A DNA stretch of 64,000 bases. It comes from Mobula hypostoma. Its lineage: Eukaryota. A model generated the notes under the pieces. It saw only the letters and a list, made by a program, of their open reading frames with translations, was not told where the DNA came from and searched no databases. Within the stretch, counting starts at the first letter, position 1. Each line of letters begins with the position of its first letter. Positions 1-13,026 of the stretch are shown in pieces. A program made the position numbers and the translations under genes. The stretch lies in contig NC_086097.1 in assembly GCF_963921235.1 (NCBI RefSeq), positions 175,276,001-175,340,000 of the forward strand, read 5' to 3'.

Positions 1-1343
1 GACAACCTCCACTGTTCTATTACGAAAAGTTAAATTAGCACAGTTTTTAAAAAAAGGGAAGACTGCAGCATTTAATGAATGAATGATACAATAATTTAAC
101 ACTGATGTCACAAAGAATCTACAGGAAACAGTCATGGGATTTGATTGTAGCAGAAAGGTCATTCTCAATCTTAAATGACTATCCAAGAACTAAACTGATT
201 TTACTGCACTGTTGCTCGAATTTGTTCTGTCATTCTTACGGCACAGAAGATACATGTGAACCCACTGTGTCTGTGCCGGCTCCTTAAAAGAGCTATCAAA
301 TGTGTATTACTACCAATGCTCTTTCCTCATAACGCTGCATTGTTTTCAAGTACTAATCAAACTTAATTTTGTCTTTACTGAATCTGCTAATTATAGATGA
401 TCTCTCTAATCTATAATTGGAAATGCTCTGCATATGAAAAAATTTCAAATGGACAAATTCCAAGTGGGACTAGTGTTAAATGGCCAGTACAAACTTAACA
501 GACTGTATAGTAACAGACTGATTTATTGCACTTCAAGTTTCCTTTTTGTTGTTTTAAACTTGGTGCTCTTCGGAAACCATACCTACCATTTGCAGAAACT
601 ATTCCACAAAATGCATTGTAAAAACATGAAATTTTAACACCTTTATATTTCCAATTCGAGGAGAAAACTCTTCACTACTCCAATTATTAAATTTCTTCAT
701 CATGTTTATTTATTTCTACATTTATCAAGTTTGTAACTTCAAGGTTGCCAGAAATTAGAAATGTGGGAGGATACAACTTATCAATGACCGTATACGAATA
801 AATTTTGCATTATCAATTACCAAAGCAAATTAGATTTTGCCAACTTTAAGATCATTCTGTTCAATTGACTTTTACAATGAATGAAAGTATAATCTTAGAC
901 TCTCAGCTCAGTTTAAATAAATTGAGCTTGATGGTTGATTTACTTATGAATTTCAATTACTAAAACTCAATTCATTGCAAAATTAACATATGTATACATG
1001 CATCCTGCCAAGACCATTTGGATGGTTATGTTTAATCATAAATGTGCAAATACAAGATTTTTAAATATCATTTAGTTGACTTTCTGAAGTTGCATTGGAG
1101 GCATTGACTCCATCAGGTGAAGAAACTTGGTCAAATGGACCAGAACATGCAAATGTAATACTCTCCATTTTAAAAGTCACCCATCTGCTCTTATTTTTAG
1201 ATTTCAGTTATCAATTTCTGTGTCCTTATTTAGAATAGAAAATTTCACTCCGTAACTAAAGCCATTCCCAATATGCAAGGCATTAACAGTCTTTCTTAGG
1301 GCTGGGAAATGGTAGCACTGGGTTCTACAATCACCAATCTCAG

Positions 1344-1530
1344 CAGAAGCTGAAAAGGCATTCTTTAATGGAGGGGTGGGAAGCAGACATCAGAAGCTGA
1401 AAAGGCATTCTTTAATGGGGGGGTGGGAGGCAGACATCTGAAGCTGAAAAGGCATTCTTTAATGGGGGGGTGGGAGGCAGACATCAGAAGCTGAAAAGGC
1501 ATTCTTTAAGGGGGGGGCAGAAGGTAGACA
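1344..1530. repeat. 47-bp G-rich minisatellite, 4 copies
   Basis: Unit cagaagctgaaaaggcattctttaatgggggggtgggaggcagacat starts at 1344, 1391, 1438 and 1485 (last copy degenerate). Confidence 0.95.
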
Positions 1531-2412
1531 GTGGGTAGTTAATCTTCAACATTTTACATGAATATGCAGGCGAATCAGAATTTGACTGAAGAGCTGGGAT
1601 GCTTGTCCCTAGAGTACAGCAAGCTGAGGGGTGACCTTAATGAGATTTAGAAAATGATGATGGCATAAATCGAGTAGATGGACAGTCTTTCCCCAGGGCA
1701 GAAAGTCTAAACCTAGGGCACAGGAGAGGAAACATTTAAATGGGACCATAGGGGAACTTTTTCCAGAGGGTGGTGGCTACGTGGCACCAACTGTCAAAGG
1801 AAGTGGTAGATGTTTAAATCATAATGTTTAAAAGACATTAAACGTTGACATGGGTCAAACGCAGACAAATCAGAATAGTTCAAGCAGACACCCTGCTAGG
1901 CATAGATGAGCTGGGCCAAAGGATCCATTTCCCTGCTGTATGATTATGATAAAATGAAAGTTCGATAGAGATTTCAGAATAAGCTTTTTAGAGAATGGCT
2001 AAAATGTGGCACTTGTTAATGCATAGAAGAATTTAAATGAACAGCAACAAAAGAAATGAAGGAGCTAGGTAAGCTTGTGGGGAAAGGTTAAGTGGGACAA
2101 GATAGTCATGTGGAGCCTAAACCTCAATATTGAACAGTTATGCCAAATAGCTTATTGTGCATTCCAAACTCTTGAAGATTCAACTCCCAAAACGGGAATA
2201 CTTTTGACAGTTTATTACCAGGACATCTATCCAAATACTGGAATACAGTTGTTCAATTTGACTTGTACGTACACAATAATTTTAAGGTAACTTACTCTGG
2301 AGAATGACTAATTAAAAAAATGTAAAAACTGAATTAGAAACAAAGTTTCCTACTTTTATGACCCATAATTATTATTGGTACAGAGAAACAATTATGAAAT
2401 ACATAGTCTCAT

Positions 2413-3030
2413 CACAAACAAGAGAAAATCTTCAGATGCTGGAAATCGAAGCAACACACATAAAAAGCGGGATTTCCCAGTGTCCGCCCATTTTAATTCC
2501 ACATCCCATTCCCATTCCGATATCTCTATTCATGGCCTCCTCCACTGTTGTGATGAGGCCACAGTTCGATTGGAGGAACAAACCTTATATTCCATCTGGG
2601 TAGCCTCCAGACTGACGGCATGAACATTGATTTCTCGAACTTCCGGTAATGCCCCCACCTCTCCTTCAACGTTCCCCATCCACTTTTCCCTCTCTCACCT
2701 TATTCTTGCCCACCCATCGCCTCCCTCTGGTGCTCCATCCCCCTTTTCTTTCCCCCATGGCCTTCTATCCTCCTCTATCAGACTCCCCCTTCTCTAGTCC
2801 TGTATCTCTTTCACCAATCAACTTCCCAGCTCTTTACTTCATTCCTCCCCCCTTCAGGTTTCACCTGTCACCTGGTGTTTCTCTCTCCCCATTCTCACCC
2901 CCACCTTTAAAATCTACTCCTCAGCTTTTTATCTCCAGTCCTGCCAAGGAGTCTCGGCCCAAAACGTTGATTGTACTCTTTTCAATAGATGCTGCCTACC
3001 CTGCTGAGTTTCTCCAACATTTTGTGTGTC
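2413..3030 (+). mobile_element. Penelope-like element 3' fragment (GIY-YIG endonuclease C-terminus and 3' UTR) with inverted tail at its 5' end
   Basis: Reads RDFPVSAHFNSTSHSHSDISIHGLLHCCDEATVRLEEQ, then across a frameshift LIFHLGSLQTDGMNIDFSNFR*, resembling the PLE GIY-YIG C-terminus. A pyrimidine-rich UTR follows, with a decayed hammerhead-like motif at ~2937-2972. 2413-2465 is the reverse complement of the family 3' tail. Confidence 0.8.
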
Positions 3031-3853
3031 ACATACCGTCTTAAATGGCTTAAGGCAAGTAAACCCTGACAGGAATCACCAATTGAAAGGATGACTTCAA
3101 TGGGTCAAATGGCCAATGTTCATTCCAATATGTCACTTCCAGGGAAAGCTGGGGATGCAAACCTTTCTCCTGTATAATATACCACAAGAAACGCTGATTA
3201 CAACTGGAATTGGTGATGAATATCATATACCCTTTCCACCACAATATTCCTTATGAACTTTGCGACAGTGGGCTGAAAACTGTAGTTAATCAACAGCAAC
3301 TAGGAAAACTACAAAAGAAAATCCACTATTGTCCAGTGAAAACGTTTCCAATCAGCATTTCTCCAACTCGCTCAGAAAGTAATTTTATTACAGTAGCCCT
3401 TTTGTTCAGACTGGTCAGGATGAAGGAAAGCAACAAGTCTGCTGAGACAAGGTTGAAAGTTAGAACTGGCCACCAACACAACAGCATGCAATGCAAGACA
3501 TCCGATACAGGGGACATACAGGGGCCCATGTGCCAAAAAAAATTTGGAAATTACACAATTTTCCCCATAGTAAACAACAGAAAATACTAACAGCAGATTT
3601 AGGATTAAATCAACAGTTTGTTTTCTACTAATTTGATTCATATGGAAAAACTATGCAATTTATACTGTTTTACACAGATCAGGATAGGATTATTTAATAC
3701 GTGTTGTGAAAATCTTTAACTTTAAAAAAGTTGATTTTTTTTTGTTTTTTTAAAGCAGTTATGTCACTTTAAAAATAATGGTGACCACTCTGCAGTCAAT
3801 TATGGAGACAAAACACTCAGCTTTCTGTTTAAAGCAATTTTTCTCCTTCAACA

Positions 3854-3995
3854 CACACAAAATGCTGGAGGAACTCAGCAGGGTCTCAGCCTGAAATGTC
3901 AGGTATACTCTTTTCCTGGATGCTGCCTGGCCTGCTGAGCTCCTCTAGCATTTTAAATGCGTTGCTTGGATTTCCAGCATCTGCAGATTTTCTCG
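3854..3995 (+). mobile_element. Short fold-back Penelope-like insertion with 15-bp TSD
   Basis: ttttctccttcaaca at 3839-3853 and 3996-4010; internal inverted pair aaaatgctggaggaactcagcagg / cctgctgagctcctctagcatttt. Confidence 0.75.
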
Positions 3996-5485
3996 TTTTC
4001 TCCTTCAACAGTACGCTTCATCTCTGCCTACCAGAATACCAGGCATTTCAAAAGTCGTCCTGAAATAAAACTATAATGGAATTGCTCTGTACTTCTTGAA
4101 GTGTCATCTGTAACTAATTACCAGTCTCTTATGTATATTCGGTCAGGGTTAACAGCAAACCACCGGTATTGTATTTTGTCACAAGTACATCAACACCTAA
4201 CGTTTGATGCATGCTTTATAAAAAAAACACAGAAGCATATTCTCAGACCATCATTCTGCCTGCACCACGAATTCTATCTATGTTTTCAAACAATTTCCTC
4301 TGCTCCTGGCACTTGATTTTAGTTAGGGCATTAGAAAATTTGGTATTAGGTTCGTGGGGTATTTAAGTCTATATTGGCAATCAGAGCAGACCAGCTCCAT
4401 CTTAACAGCAATGCACGGACTCATCTCATTTTCACTGAATCATTAACCATCCAGTGCCATTCTCTGGTGTACACCAACTGCTATTTATGTTCTACCTGAA
4501 CTACAATTGCTCCCCAATGTGCTACAATAAAGCTATTTATCCCAAATCCCTTGATGATCTATTTCTGCCATTTCAGTGCCTTCAAACCTCCTACTCCTAT
4601 TGCTCATTGCATTTCATCTATTCTTCCAATGTTGAGTCTACCATTCAGATGCAAGCATTGGTGGATGCTGGAATCTGGAGCAACAAAATCTGCTGGAGGA
4701 ACTCAGTGAGTCAAGCAGCATCTGTAGGGGTTGGGAAAAATAAAAGGTCCTGGTGCAGGGTTGACAATTACTTTCCTCCCACAGGTGCTATTTGACCTGT
4801 TGAGCTCTCCATCAGATTGTTTGTTAAGCCTCCTATTGTCTGGATTTTCCCTCCAAAATATTTCTACATTTGTCTTTTTAAATGAGTCGTGACTTCTAAA
4901 AGCATCATGTCTATTGTTCCCATCACTGAGGATCCACGTGGTCTGTACATACCAGATATGTGGTGGAAGAAAGCACAACAGCGCCTCTTTCACCTCAGAC
5001 GGTGAAAGAAGTTTGGTATGGGCCTCCAAATCCTAAGAAATTTCTACGGGGCACAATTGAGAGCATCCTGACTGGCTGCATCACTGCCTGGTATGAGAAC
5101 TGTACTTCCCTCAATCGCAGGACTCTGCAGAGAGTGGTGCGAACAGCCCAGTGCCTTTGTAGATGTGAACTTCCCACTATTCAGGACATTTACAAAGATA
5201 GATGTGTAAAAAGGGCCTGAAGGATCATTGGGGACTCGAGTCACCCCAACCACAAACTGATCCAGCTGCTACCATCTGGGAAATAGTACCACAGCATAAA
5301 AGCCAAGACCAAAAGGCTCCAGGACAGCTTCTTCCACCATGCCATCAGACTGATTAATGCACGTTGATACAATTGTATTTGTGTCATATTGACTGTCCTG
5401 TGGTACATACTATTACAAATGACTAAAAATTGTACATTGTGCATTTAGACAGAGACTTAAGGCAAAGATTTTTACTCCTCATGTA

Positions 5486-7085
5486 CAATGGCATGCAAAA
5501 GTTTGGTCAAAATTTCTGTTACTGTGAATAGTTAAGTAGAAGATGAACTGATCTCCAAAAGTCATAAAGTTAAAGATGAAACATTCTTTTCAACATTTTA
5601 AGCAAGATTAGTGTATTATTTTTGTTTTGTTTTGTACAATTTCAGAGTGGGAAAAAAGGAAAAAGTTTGGGCACCCCAAGAGATTTGAGCTCTCAGATAA
5701 CTTTTACCAAGGTCTCAGACCTTAATTAGCTTGTCTGGGCTATGGCTTGTTCATTGTCATCATTAGGAAAGGCCAGGTGATGCAAATTTCAAAGCTTTAT
5801 AAATACCCTGACTCCTCAAACCTTGTCCCAACAATCAGCAGCCATGGGCTCCTCTAAGCAGCTGCCTAACACTCTGAAAATCAAAATAAATGACGTCCAT
5901 AAAGCAGGAGAAGGCTATAAGAAGATAGCAAAGCGTTTTCAGGTAGTCGTTTCCTCAGTTCATAATGTAATTAAGAAATGGCAGTTAACAGGAATGATGG
6001 CGGTCAGGTTGAGGTCTTTAAGACCAAGAAAACTTTCCGAGAGAACTGCTCATAGGATTGCTAGAAAGGCAAATCAAAACCCCTGTTTGACTGCAAAAGA
6101 CCTTCAGGAAGATTTAGCAGACTCTGGAGTGGTGGTGCACTGTTCTACTGTGCAGTGACACCTGCACAAATATGACCTTCATGGAAGAGTCATCAGAAGA
6201 AAATCTTTCCTGCGTCTTCACCATAAAATTCAGCGTCAGAAGTTTGCAAAGGAACATCCAAACAAGCCTGATGCACTTTAGAAACAAGTCCTGTGGACTG
6301 ATGAAGTTAAAGTAGAACATTTTGGCCGCAATGAGCAAAGGTATGCTTGGAGAAAAAAGGGTGCAGAATTTCATGAAAAGAACACCTCTCCGACTGTTAC
6401 GCATGGGGATGAATTGATCATGCTTTGGGCTTGTGTTGCAGTAGCCAGTGGCACAGGGAACACTTCAATGGTAGAGGGAAGAATGAATTCAACTAAATAC
6501 CGGCAAATTCTTGAAGTAAACATCACACCGTCTGTAAAAAAGCTGAAGATGAAAAGATGGCTTCTACAACGGGATAATGATCCTAAACACACCTCAAAAT
6601 CCACAATGGACTACCTCAAGAGGCGTAAGCTGAAGGTTTTGCCATGGCCCTCACAGTCCCCTGACCTAAACATCATTGGGAATCTGTGGATAGACCTCAA
6701 ACGAGCAGTGCATGCAAGGCGGCCCAAGAATCTCACAGAACTAGAAGAGTTTTGCAAGGAAGAATGGGCGAAAATCCCCCAAACAAGAATTGAAATACTC
6801 TTAGCTGGCTACAGAAAGCATTTACAAGCTGTGATTCTTGCCAAAGGGGGTGTTACTAAGTACCGACCATGCAGGGTGCCCAAACTTTTGCTTCAGGCCC
6901 TTTTCCTTTTTTATTATTTTGAAACTGTAAAAGATGGAAATAAAAAATAATCTTGCTCAAAATATTAAGGAAATGTGGCATCTTTAACTTTATGCCTTTT
7001 GGAAATCAGGCCATTTTTTTTACTCGCTTAGCTATTCACAGTAACAGAAATTTTGACCGGGTGCCCAAACTTTTACATGTTACTA
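5486..7085 (+). mobile_element. Full-length Tc1/mariner transposon (IR/DR, Sleeping Beauty/Frog Prince-like)
   Basis: TA duplications at 5484-5485 and 7086-7087; termini caatggcatgcaaaagtttgg ... ccaaacttttacatgttacta; inner repeats aaaagtttgggcaccc (~5662) and gggtgcccaaactttt (~6874). Confidence 0.93.
5844..6866 (+). pseudogene. Tc1 transposase pseudogene
   Basis: Single frame from ATG 5844 (MGSSKQL...GEGYKKIAK) through WTDE, QRDNDPKH, WPSQSPDLNIIGNLW to AKGGVTKY. In-frame stops at 6156-6158 and 6279-6281; the catalytic E position is G. Confidence 0.9.
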
Positions 7086-8577
7086 TACGTAAAGGATGTA
7101 AGTAATAAAGTCAATTCAATTCAATCCACCTCTCATACCCACATATCCATTCTCAGCAGCATTTCACAACAAGGACAGCATATGGCCTAATGGCCTAATT
7201 TTGCTCCTTTGTATTATGGTCTCATACAATAGGTGTGATGCTGTGGTTGTGAAAACCATTAGTACCTTAACACTTGCTGCTAACGAGATAAACTTCCAAG
7301 CAGAATTCATATAGTATTAGATGAGTGCCAGAGTTGAAACTTCAGCCAGTAAATGAAAATTTTAAAAATTGCAGATGCTGGAAATCCAAAATAAGAACAG
7401 AAAATGGTGAAAATACACAGCAAGTCATGCCACTTGTGTGGGCAGAGAAAGAAGTTAATGTTTCAGGTCAGAAATTCTTTGCCAGAACTGGGTCTGATTC
7501 TGACAAAATAGGTTCAACCTGAAACATTTGACTATTTTTAGAAATCACTATACAGTCCCTTATTGTATAATTACACATTTCCATAAAAACATTAAGGGAA
7601 AAAGAACAACTCGGGAGACAATAGAGCCCTTAAAGTTCAAAGGGAACATCTGTGTGTAGCTGAGAGAGATGGGCAAAGGCATTAGTGAATATTTTTCTGG
7701 CTTTTAACAGAGAAAACTTTAGAACTAGGAAAAGTAATGGAGGGGCTTTTGGGAGAGACTGGATTACAGGTGGTGTTAGATGTCTTAAAAAGTGTGAAGG
7801 TAGACAAATTTCCAAGACCTAACCTGGTTTATCCAAGCGCACAGTGAAAGGCTGAGAAGAAATTGCAGGAGCCCTGGCTGAGATAGTTGCATCGTTAGCC
7901 ATGGGTGAGATGCTGGTAGACTGGCAGATATGATAGGCCTTTACTTCAGAAGGGTGGCAAAATAAAGGGTAGGCCAGCAAGGCAAACATCTGTGTAAATT
8001 ACTGGATGGTATTCTAAGAGATAGGATATACACACATCTGGACACAGACAGAAGTTGTCAGCATAGTTTTGTTCATGGGAAATTATTTCTTATGAACCAG
8101 AGGTGTTTTTTTTGTGATACCTTACAACATAGGAACAGAATTAGGCCATTCGACCCATCGAGTCTTCTCCACCATTCAATCATGGCTGGTTTAATTTCCC
8201 TCTCAAACCCATTCTCCTGCTTTCTGTCCATAACCTTTCACCCCTTCACTAATCAAAAACCAATCAGCCCCTGCTTTCAATATACCCAATGACTTCACCT
8301 CCACATCTGTCTGTGGCAATGAATTCTATAGATTCAGCACCCTCTGGCTAAAGAAATTTCTGCTCAATTCTGTTCTAAAGGAACATCCTTATATTCTGAA
8401 CCTGTGCTCTGTGGTCCTAGAGTCTCCCACTATTGGAAATGTCCTCTCCACATCCACTCGATCTAGAGCTTTCAATATTCAGTAGATTTCAATGCAACCC
8501 TACTTCAAACTTCAGTGAGTACAAGCCAGGAGCTATCAAGTGTTCCTCATATGTTAACCCTTTCATTCCCAGAATCA

Positions 8578-9413
8578 TTCTGTGACACTTCTGGGACAAT
8601 GCTCCATGGACAGGTGAGACAAAATTTGAACTTTTTGGTAGAAATGCATACCGCCATGTTTGGAGGAGACCAACTGAGATGCTGTGGCATGCACACCAAC
8701 ACCAAAACTCATCCCAACTGAGAAGCATGATGGAAGGAGTATCATTGTTTGGGGCTACTTTGCTGCCTCAGGGCTTGGACAGCTTGCAATCACTGATTGC
8801 AATCAGCTTGCAACCATTAATTCAAAATTGTATCAAGACATCTTACAGAATGTCAGGGTAGTAGTCTGTCACCTGAAGCATAGTAGAAATTGGATGACAC
8901 AAGACATTAATCCAAAACACGAGAGTAAGTCAACAACAGAATAGTTTAGAAAGAAGAAAATTTTTGTCTTGAAATGACCAAGTCAGAGTCCAGATTTAAC
9001 CCAATTGAGATGCTGTGGCATGACCTGAAGAGGGCTGTTCATGCAAGATATCCCAGAAATATGACAAACTGAAACAGGTTGTATGGAGGAATGGTCTAGG
9101 AAATTCCTCCTTGCTGTTGTGCAAGTCTGATCAGCAGCTACAGGAAATATTTAATGGATGTTATTGCTGCTGAAGGAGGTTCTACCAGTTATTAAATACA
9201 AGGGTTCACATACTTTTTCCAGCCTGGACTGTAAATAATTAAATAATGTATTCAATAAAGACAGGAAAAGTATAATTTTAAGTGTGTTATTAGTTTAGTT
9301 AGATTGTGTTTGTCTATTATTGTGACTTAGATGAAGATCAGACCACATTTTATAAGGAATTAATGCAGAAAACCAGGTAATTACAAAGGGTTCACTAACT
9401 TTCTCTTGTAACT
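8578..9413 (+). mobile_element. Second Tc1-family element, 5'-truncated and degraded
   Basis: Fragments KHDGRSIIVWGYFAASGLGQLA and QDINPKHESKSTTE; right end with repeated aagggttcac(a/t) motifs at ~9200 and ~9386. Confidence 0.8.
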
Positions 9414-10591
9414 AGTTCCCTCAATGTGAAGGCATAGTTAGACTGTGACTGTCACGCTGGCCTTCAGGGTTACTGAGCATAATAGTTTGACGTCATGGTG
9501 CAGTTGTATAAGACACTGGTAGGGGCCACATTTGGAGTAATGTGTTCAGTTTTGTTTGCCCAGCTATAGGAAATATATTATTAAACTGGAAAGAGTACAA
9601 AAAAGGTTTACAAGGATGATACTAGGACTTGAGGAACTGAATTATAGGGAGAAGTTAGTACTTCATTCCTTAGCACACAAGAGACCGCTGATCTTACAGG
9701 TCTAACATGAGGCGCATTCATATGGTCAATTCACTGTCTTTTGTCTCCCACCCAAGAGATTGAGTACCAAAAACTTGACAGCATAGGTTTAAAGACCATA
9801 AGACACAAGAACAGAATTAGGCTACTTAGCCTATCGAGTTTGTTCTGACTCACCATAGCCGATCCTGAATCTCTCTCAACTCCATACATCTGCCTCCCTG
9901 TAACTATCCTTTCATGCCCTGACCGATCCGGAAACGATCAACTTTGGCCTTAAATATACTCACGGACTTTGCCTCCACCACAGTATGTGGCAGAGCATTC
10001 CAGACTCACCACTCTCTGGCTAAAAAAATTCCTCCTTGTCTCTGTTCTAAAGGATAGCCCTTCAATTTTAAGGGTGTGCCTCAAAATTCACTGTCGTTTG
10101 TCTCCCACCCAAGAGACCAAGTATCAAAAACTTGAGGGTCACTCTTTTATTACATCTATGGAACCAGGTGGAATCAGCTGCCAGAGAAACTGACTAAAGC
10201 ATGTACAGTATAATAACTTAAAAGACAGTTTAAGAGGTACATGGATTGGAATGGTTTAGAAAGTTATGGGCTAAAAACTGGCAAGTGGGACCAACTTGGA
10301 CAGGGTATCTTGGTCGGCATGTACCAGTCGGGCCGAAGTGCCTGCTTCCAGGCTCTATGCCATTAAGCTGGAAAGAATGCAGAGAGTCATAAGGATGTTG
10401 GCCAGATTTGAGGGACTGAATTATGGAGAGAGGTTAACCAGATTGGGACTCTGCATTGGAGCGTAGTAGGAGAGGTGATCTTATCAGAAATGTATAAAAC
10501 CATGAGGGGCAAAGACAGGCTGAAAGATCTATCTTTTTTCTAGGGTTAGGGAATTAAGAACCAGAGAACATAGGTTTAAGGTGAGGGGAGA

Positions 10592-10850
10592 AGGCAGCAA
10601 GGTGGCTAGCGTAACACTTTACAGCGTCAGCAATCAGGGTTCAATTCCTGCCACTGTCTGTAAGGAGTTTGTATGTTCTCCCTGTGACAGCAAGGGCTTC
10701 CTTTAGCTGCTCCAGTTTCCTCCCACATTCCAAAGTCTTACAGGTTAGTAGGCTGCCCCAGCATATCATCGGACTGTGTTGATCACTGACACAAATAACA
10801 CATTTCACTGTATATTTCGAGGTAGATGTAACAATTTTTTAAAAATCTTA
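10592..10850 (+). mobile_element. tRNA-derived SINE (V-SINE/HE1-like)
   Basis: B-box gggttcaattcc followed by the V-domain-like ggagtttgtatgttctccctgtgac...tgctccagtttcctcccacattccaaag. Confidence 0.65.
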
Positions 10851-11024
10851 ATTAATTAATTAGGAACCTGAAGGGCAACGTTTTATCCAAGGAAGCTCAG
10901 TGTATAAAAGGAGCTGGCAGAGGAAGTGGTTGAGGCAAGTACAACACTGATATTTAACAGGCACTTGGATAGGTTCATGGATAGGGAAGGTTAGAGGGAC
11001 ATCAGCCAAACACAAGCAAATGGG

Positions 11025-11200
11025 AGCAACACACATCAAAGTTGCTGGTGAACGCAGCAGGCCAGGCAGCATCTCTAGGAAGAGATGGTCAACATTTCAG
11101 GCCAAGACCCTTGTCAGGACTAACCGAAGGAAGAGTTAGTAAGAGATTTGAAAGGGGGAGGGGGAGCCGGGGGGGGGGGGAGATCCAAAATCTCCCAAAC
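11025..11200 (-). mobile_element. Penelope-like terminal fragment with TSD
   Basis: Same subfamily as 34150-34460; caagcaaatggg duplicated at 11013-11024 and 11203-11214; decayed hammerhead motif on the minus strand. Confidence 0.75.
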
Positions 11201-13026
11201 CCCAAGCAAATGGGGATAGGTTAGACTGGAATATTGATAGGCATGGGCCAGTTGGACCCAAGGACCTGTTCCTATGCTCTATGAGGCTACATAAAACATT
11301 AACTTGTTCTCCAAGCAGACGCTGGCTGATCGGAATAATTTTCCAATGATCACTTTTAATTTCAGATTTCCAGCAGCTATGGTATTAAATATTTCTTAAA
11401 GCGGAAATAGACTGAGAAATTCCCTACATTAGCGTGCAAGTCGTTGGCATTTTGGCAGAGTCCTGTACCTAGACACAGTAGCAAATAAAAGGGAAAAATT
11501 AAGGAGACGCTTTCATTCTTATTCAGCGAAACATCTATTCATTCACAGGGAGCAACTAGGTAACGTATCTAAAAATAAATTTGTCTCCAAGTACGAGATT
11601 ACAGACACAAAAAAAACGCAACTATCATGCGTTGGCAAATTGAGCCCGGACACGATCTTCTTGCGCGCAGTTACTGCGAGAACTGCCACATCACACAACT
11701 AGGGTCTGGCACCGGCCCAACTACACAAAATGCACTCAAAGCCCGGCCCATCCCAGGCAGATGCAGAGAAAGGCCACTGCAAATTCCACTCCACCGCCCC
11801 CCCCCCCCCACCCCGCCTCTCCCAAACTCCAGCAGTGCACAGATGAAATCTTTCAGGTTTCAAAGAGGGATAGGGCAATAGGAAAATATGTCCGTCTCCA
11901 ATCCAACACAAAATATACTCGGCCATTAAACGGCGTTGCAGCAAAGTGTTAAGTATTAGAAAGAACGCAGCATTTCAAACCGGGATTATTAATGACATAC
12001 GGCCAGAACAGGCGACCAGGCTGTTAAATGCAAGGAGTTGGTGGCGGTTACAAGGAAGTTGCTCAGTTTTAAGGAATTATGGCCACATGATGATTATCAG
12101 TTGCTCAGCCTACATGGAGTACAGGGTATGGAGGACAGACAGAGTGATTACACATTAGGAGGGGCTCAGGGCTGTCATGGAACAAGCTAAACAAGAGCTA
12201 CGGGTAATCACGGAGGTTATTAATAAGGGTTTTTATTTTAGTATTTATATAGGGTAAAAGCGCACCGACAGCAGGTTTATTAATTATTTGGTAACGTGGT
12301 TTAGGGGATCATTCAGTTAAAGGGGCTCAGATTTAAACATATTGAGTTTAGTAAAGGGCTCAAGACGGATAAAAGAATTGTGATACCTTGAGTGTCTGGT
12401 TGGGGTTTAGGGCGTGTTAGCAGGGAGTTGTTTTCCAGACGGTATAAATCAGGGAGTATTCATTTTAATGGGACTACATTTGGCATAAGAAATTCAAATT
12501 TAAGGGCTGAGTATGAAAATTTGGAGGTCTGGGGATTAATAAGGACGTGGATCGCTCCATTCAGAGAGGTCGTAGGCTGACTAATCACTTTTGTAAAGGC
12601 CAGAGTGGGTCTAGCACTAGGATAGTTAATTCATTTGAGGGTTTCAACCATTTTAAAAACGTTCAGGGTGGCGGAAAAAAAAGGATTATAAAGAGGATGG
12701 CTACACATTCAAGAGGGGAAATAATAAGGGGGCGTTGACTATTTTAAAGGGTTGGGAGATTTATAAAGGTGTTAGTTATCCATTCAATTAACAAGGGCAA
12801 TTGAGCATGTTAAACAGCCGGAAGAAATATAAAAGGGTGGGTTACCCATTCGGAGGGGGAATTAATAACAGAAGGGTGACCATTTTAGAGAGTTGGGAAA
12901 ATTATAAAGGAGTTGATTACCTTTTCAATGAGGATTAATGCGTTATATGGCTATTTAAAGGGGCTGGAAGATTTATGATGGGGTTGGTTACCCCTTCATG
13001 GGGTAATGCTGCAGTTTCTCTCCTAC

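Larger units (their letters stand above)
4918..7125 (+). mobile_element. Rex1/L2-like LINE 3' fragment, interrupted by a Tc1 at TA 5484-5485
   Basis: ORF fragment GTIESILTGCITAWYENCTSLNRRTLQRVVRTAQ. The 3' UTR resumes at 7088 and ends in AATAAA plus a (tcaat)n tail. Confidence 0.75.

Noticed and set aside
1344..1530. Regularly spaced repeats resembling a CRISPR array
   Set aside because: The intervening segments are near-identical rather than unique spacers, the context is eukaryotic, and no cas genes are present.
1..13026. mtdh exon 2 and the many short ORFs in the track
   Set aside because: No segment resembling MTDH exon 2 with splice sites was found by eye; the short ORFs are TE fragments or random frames.
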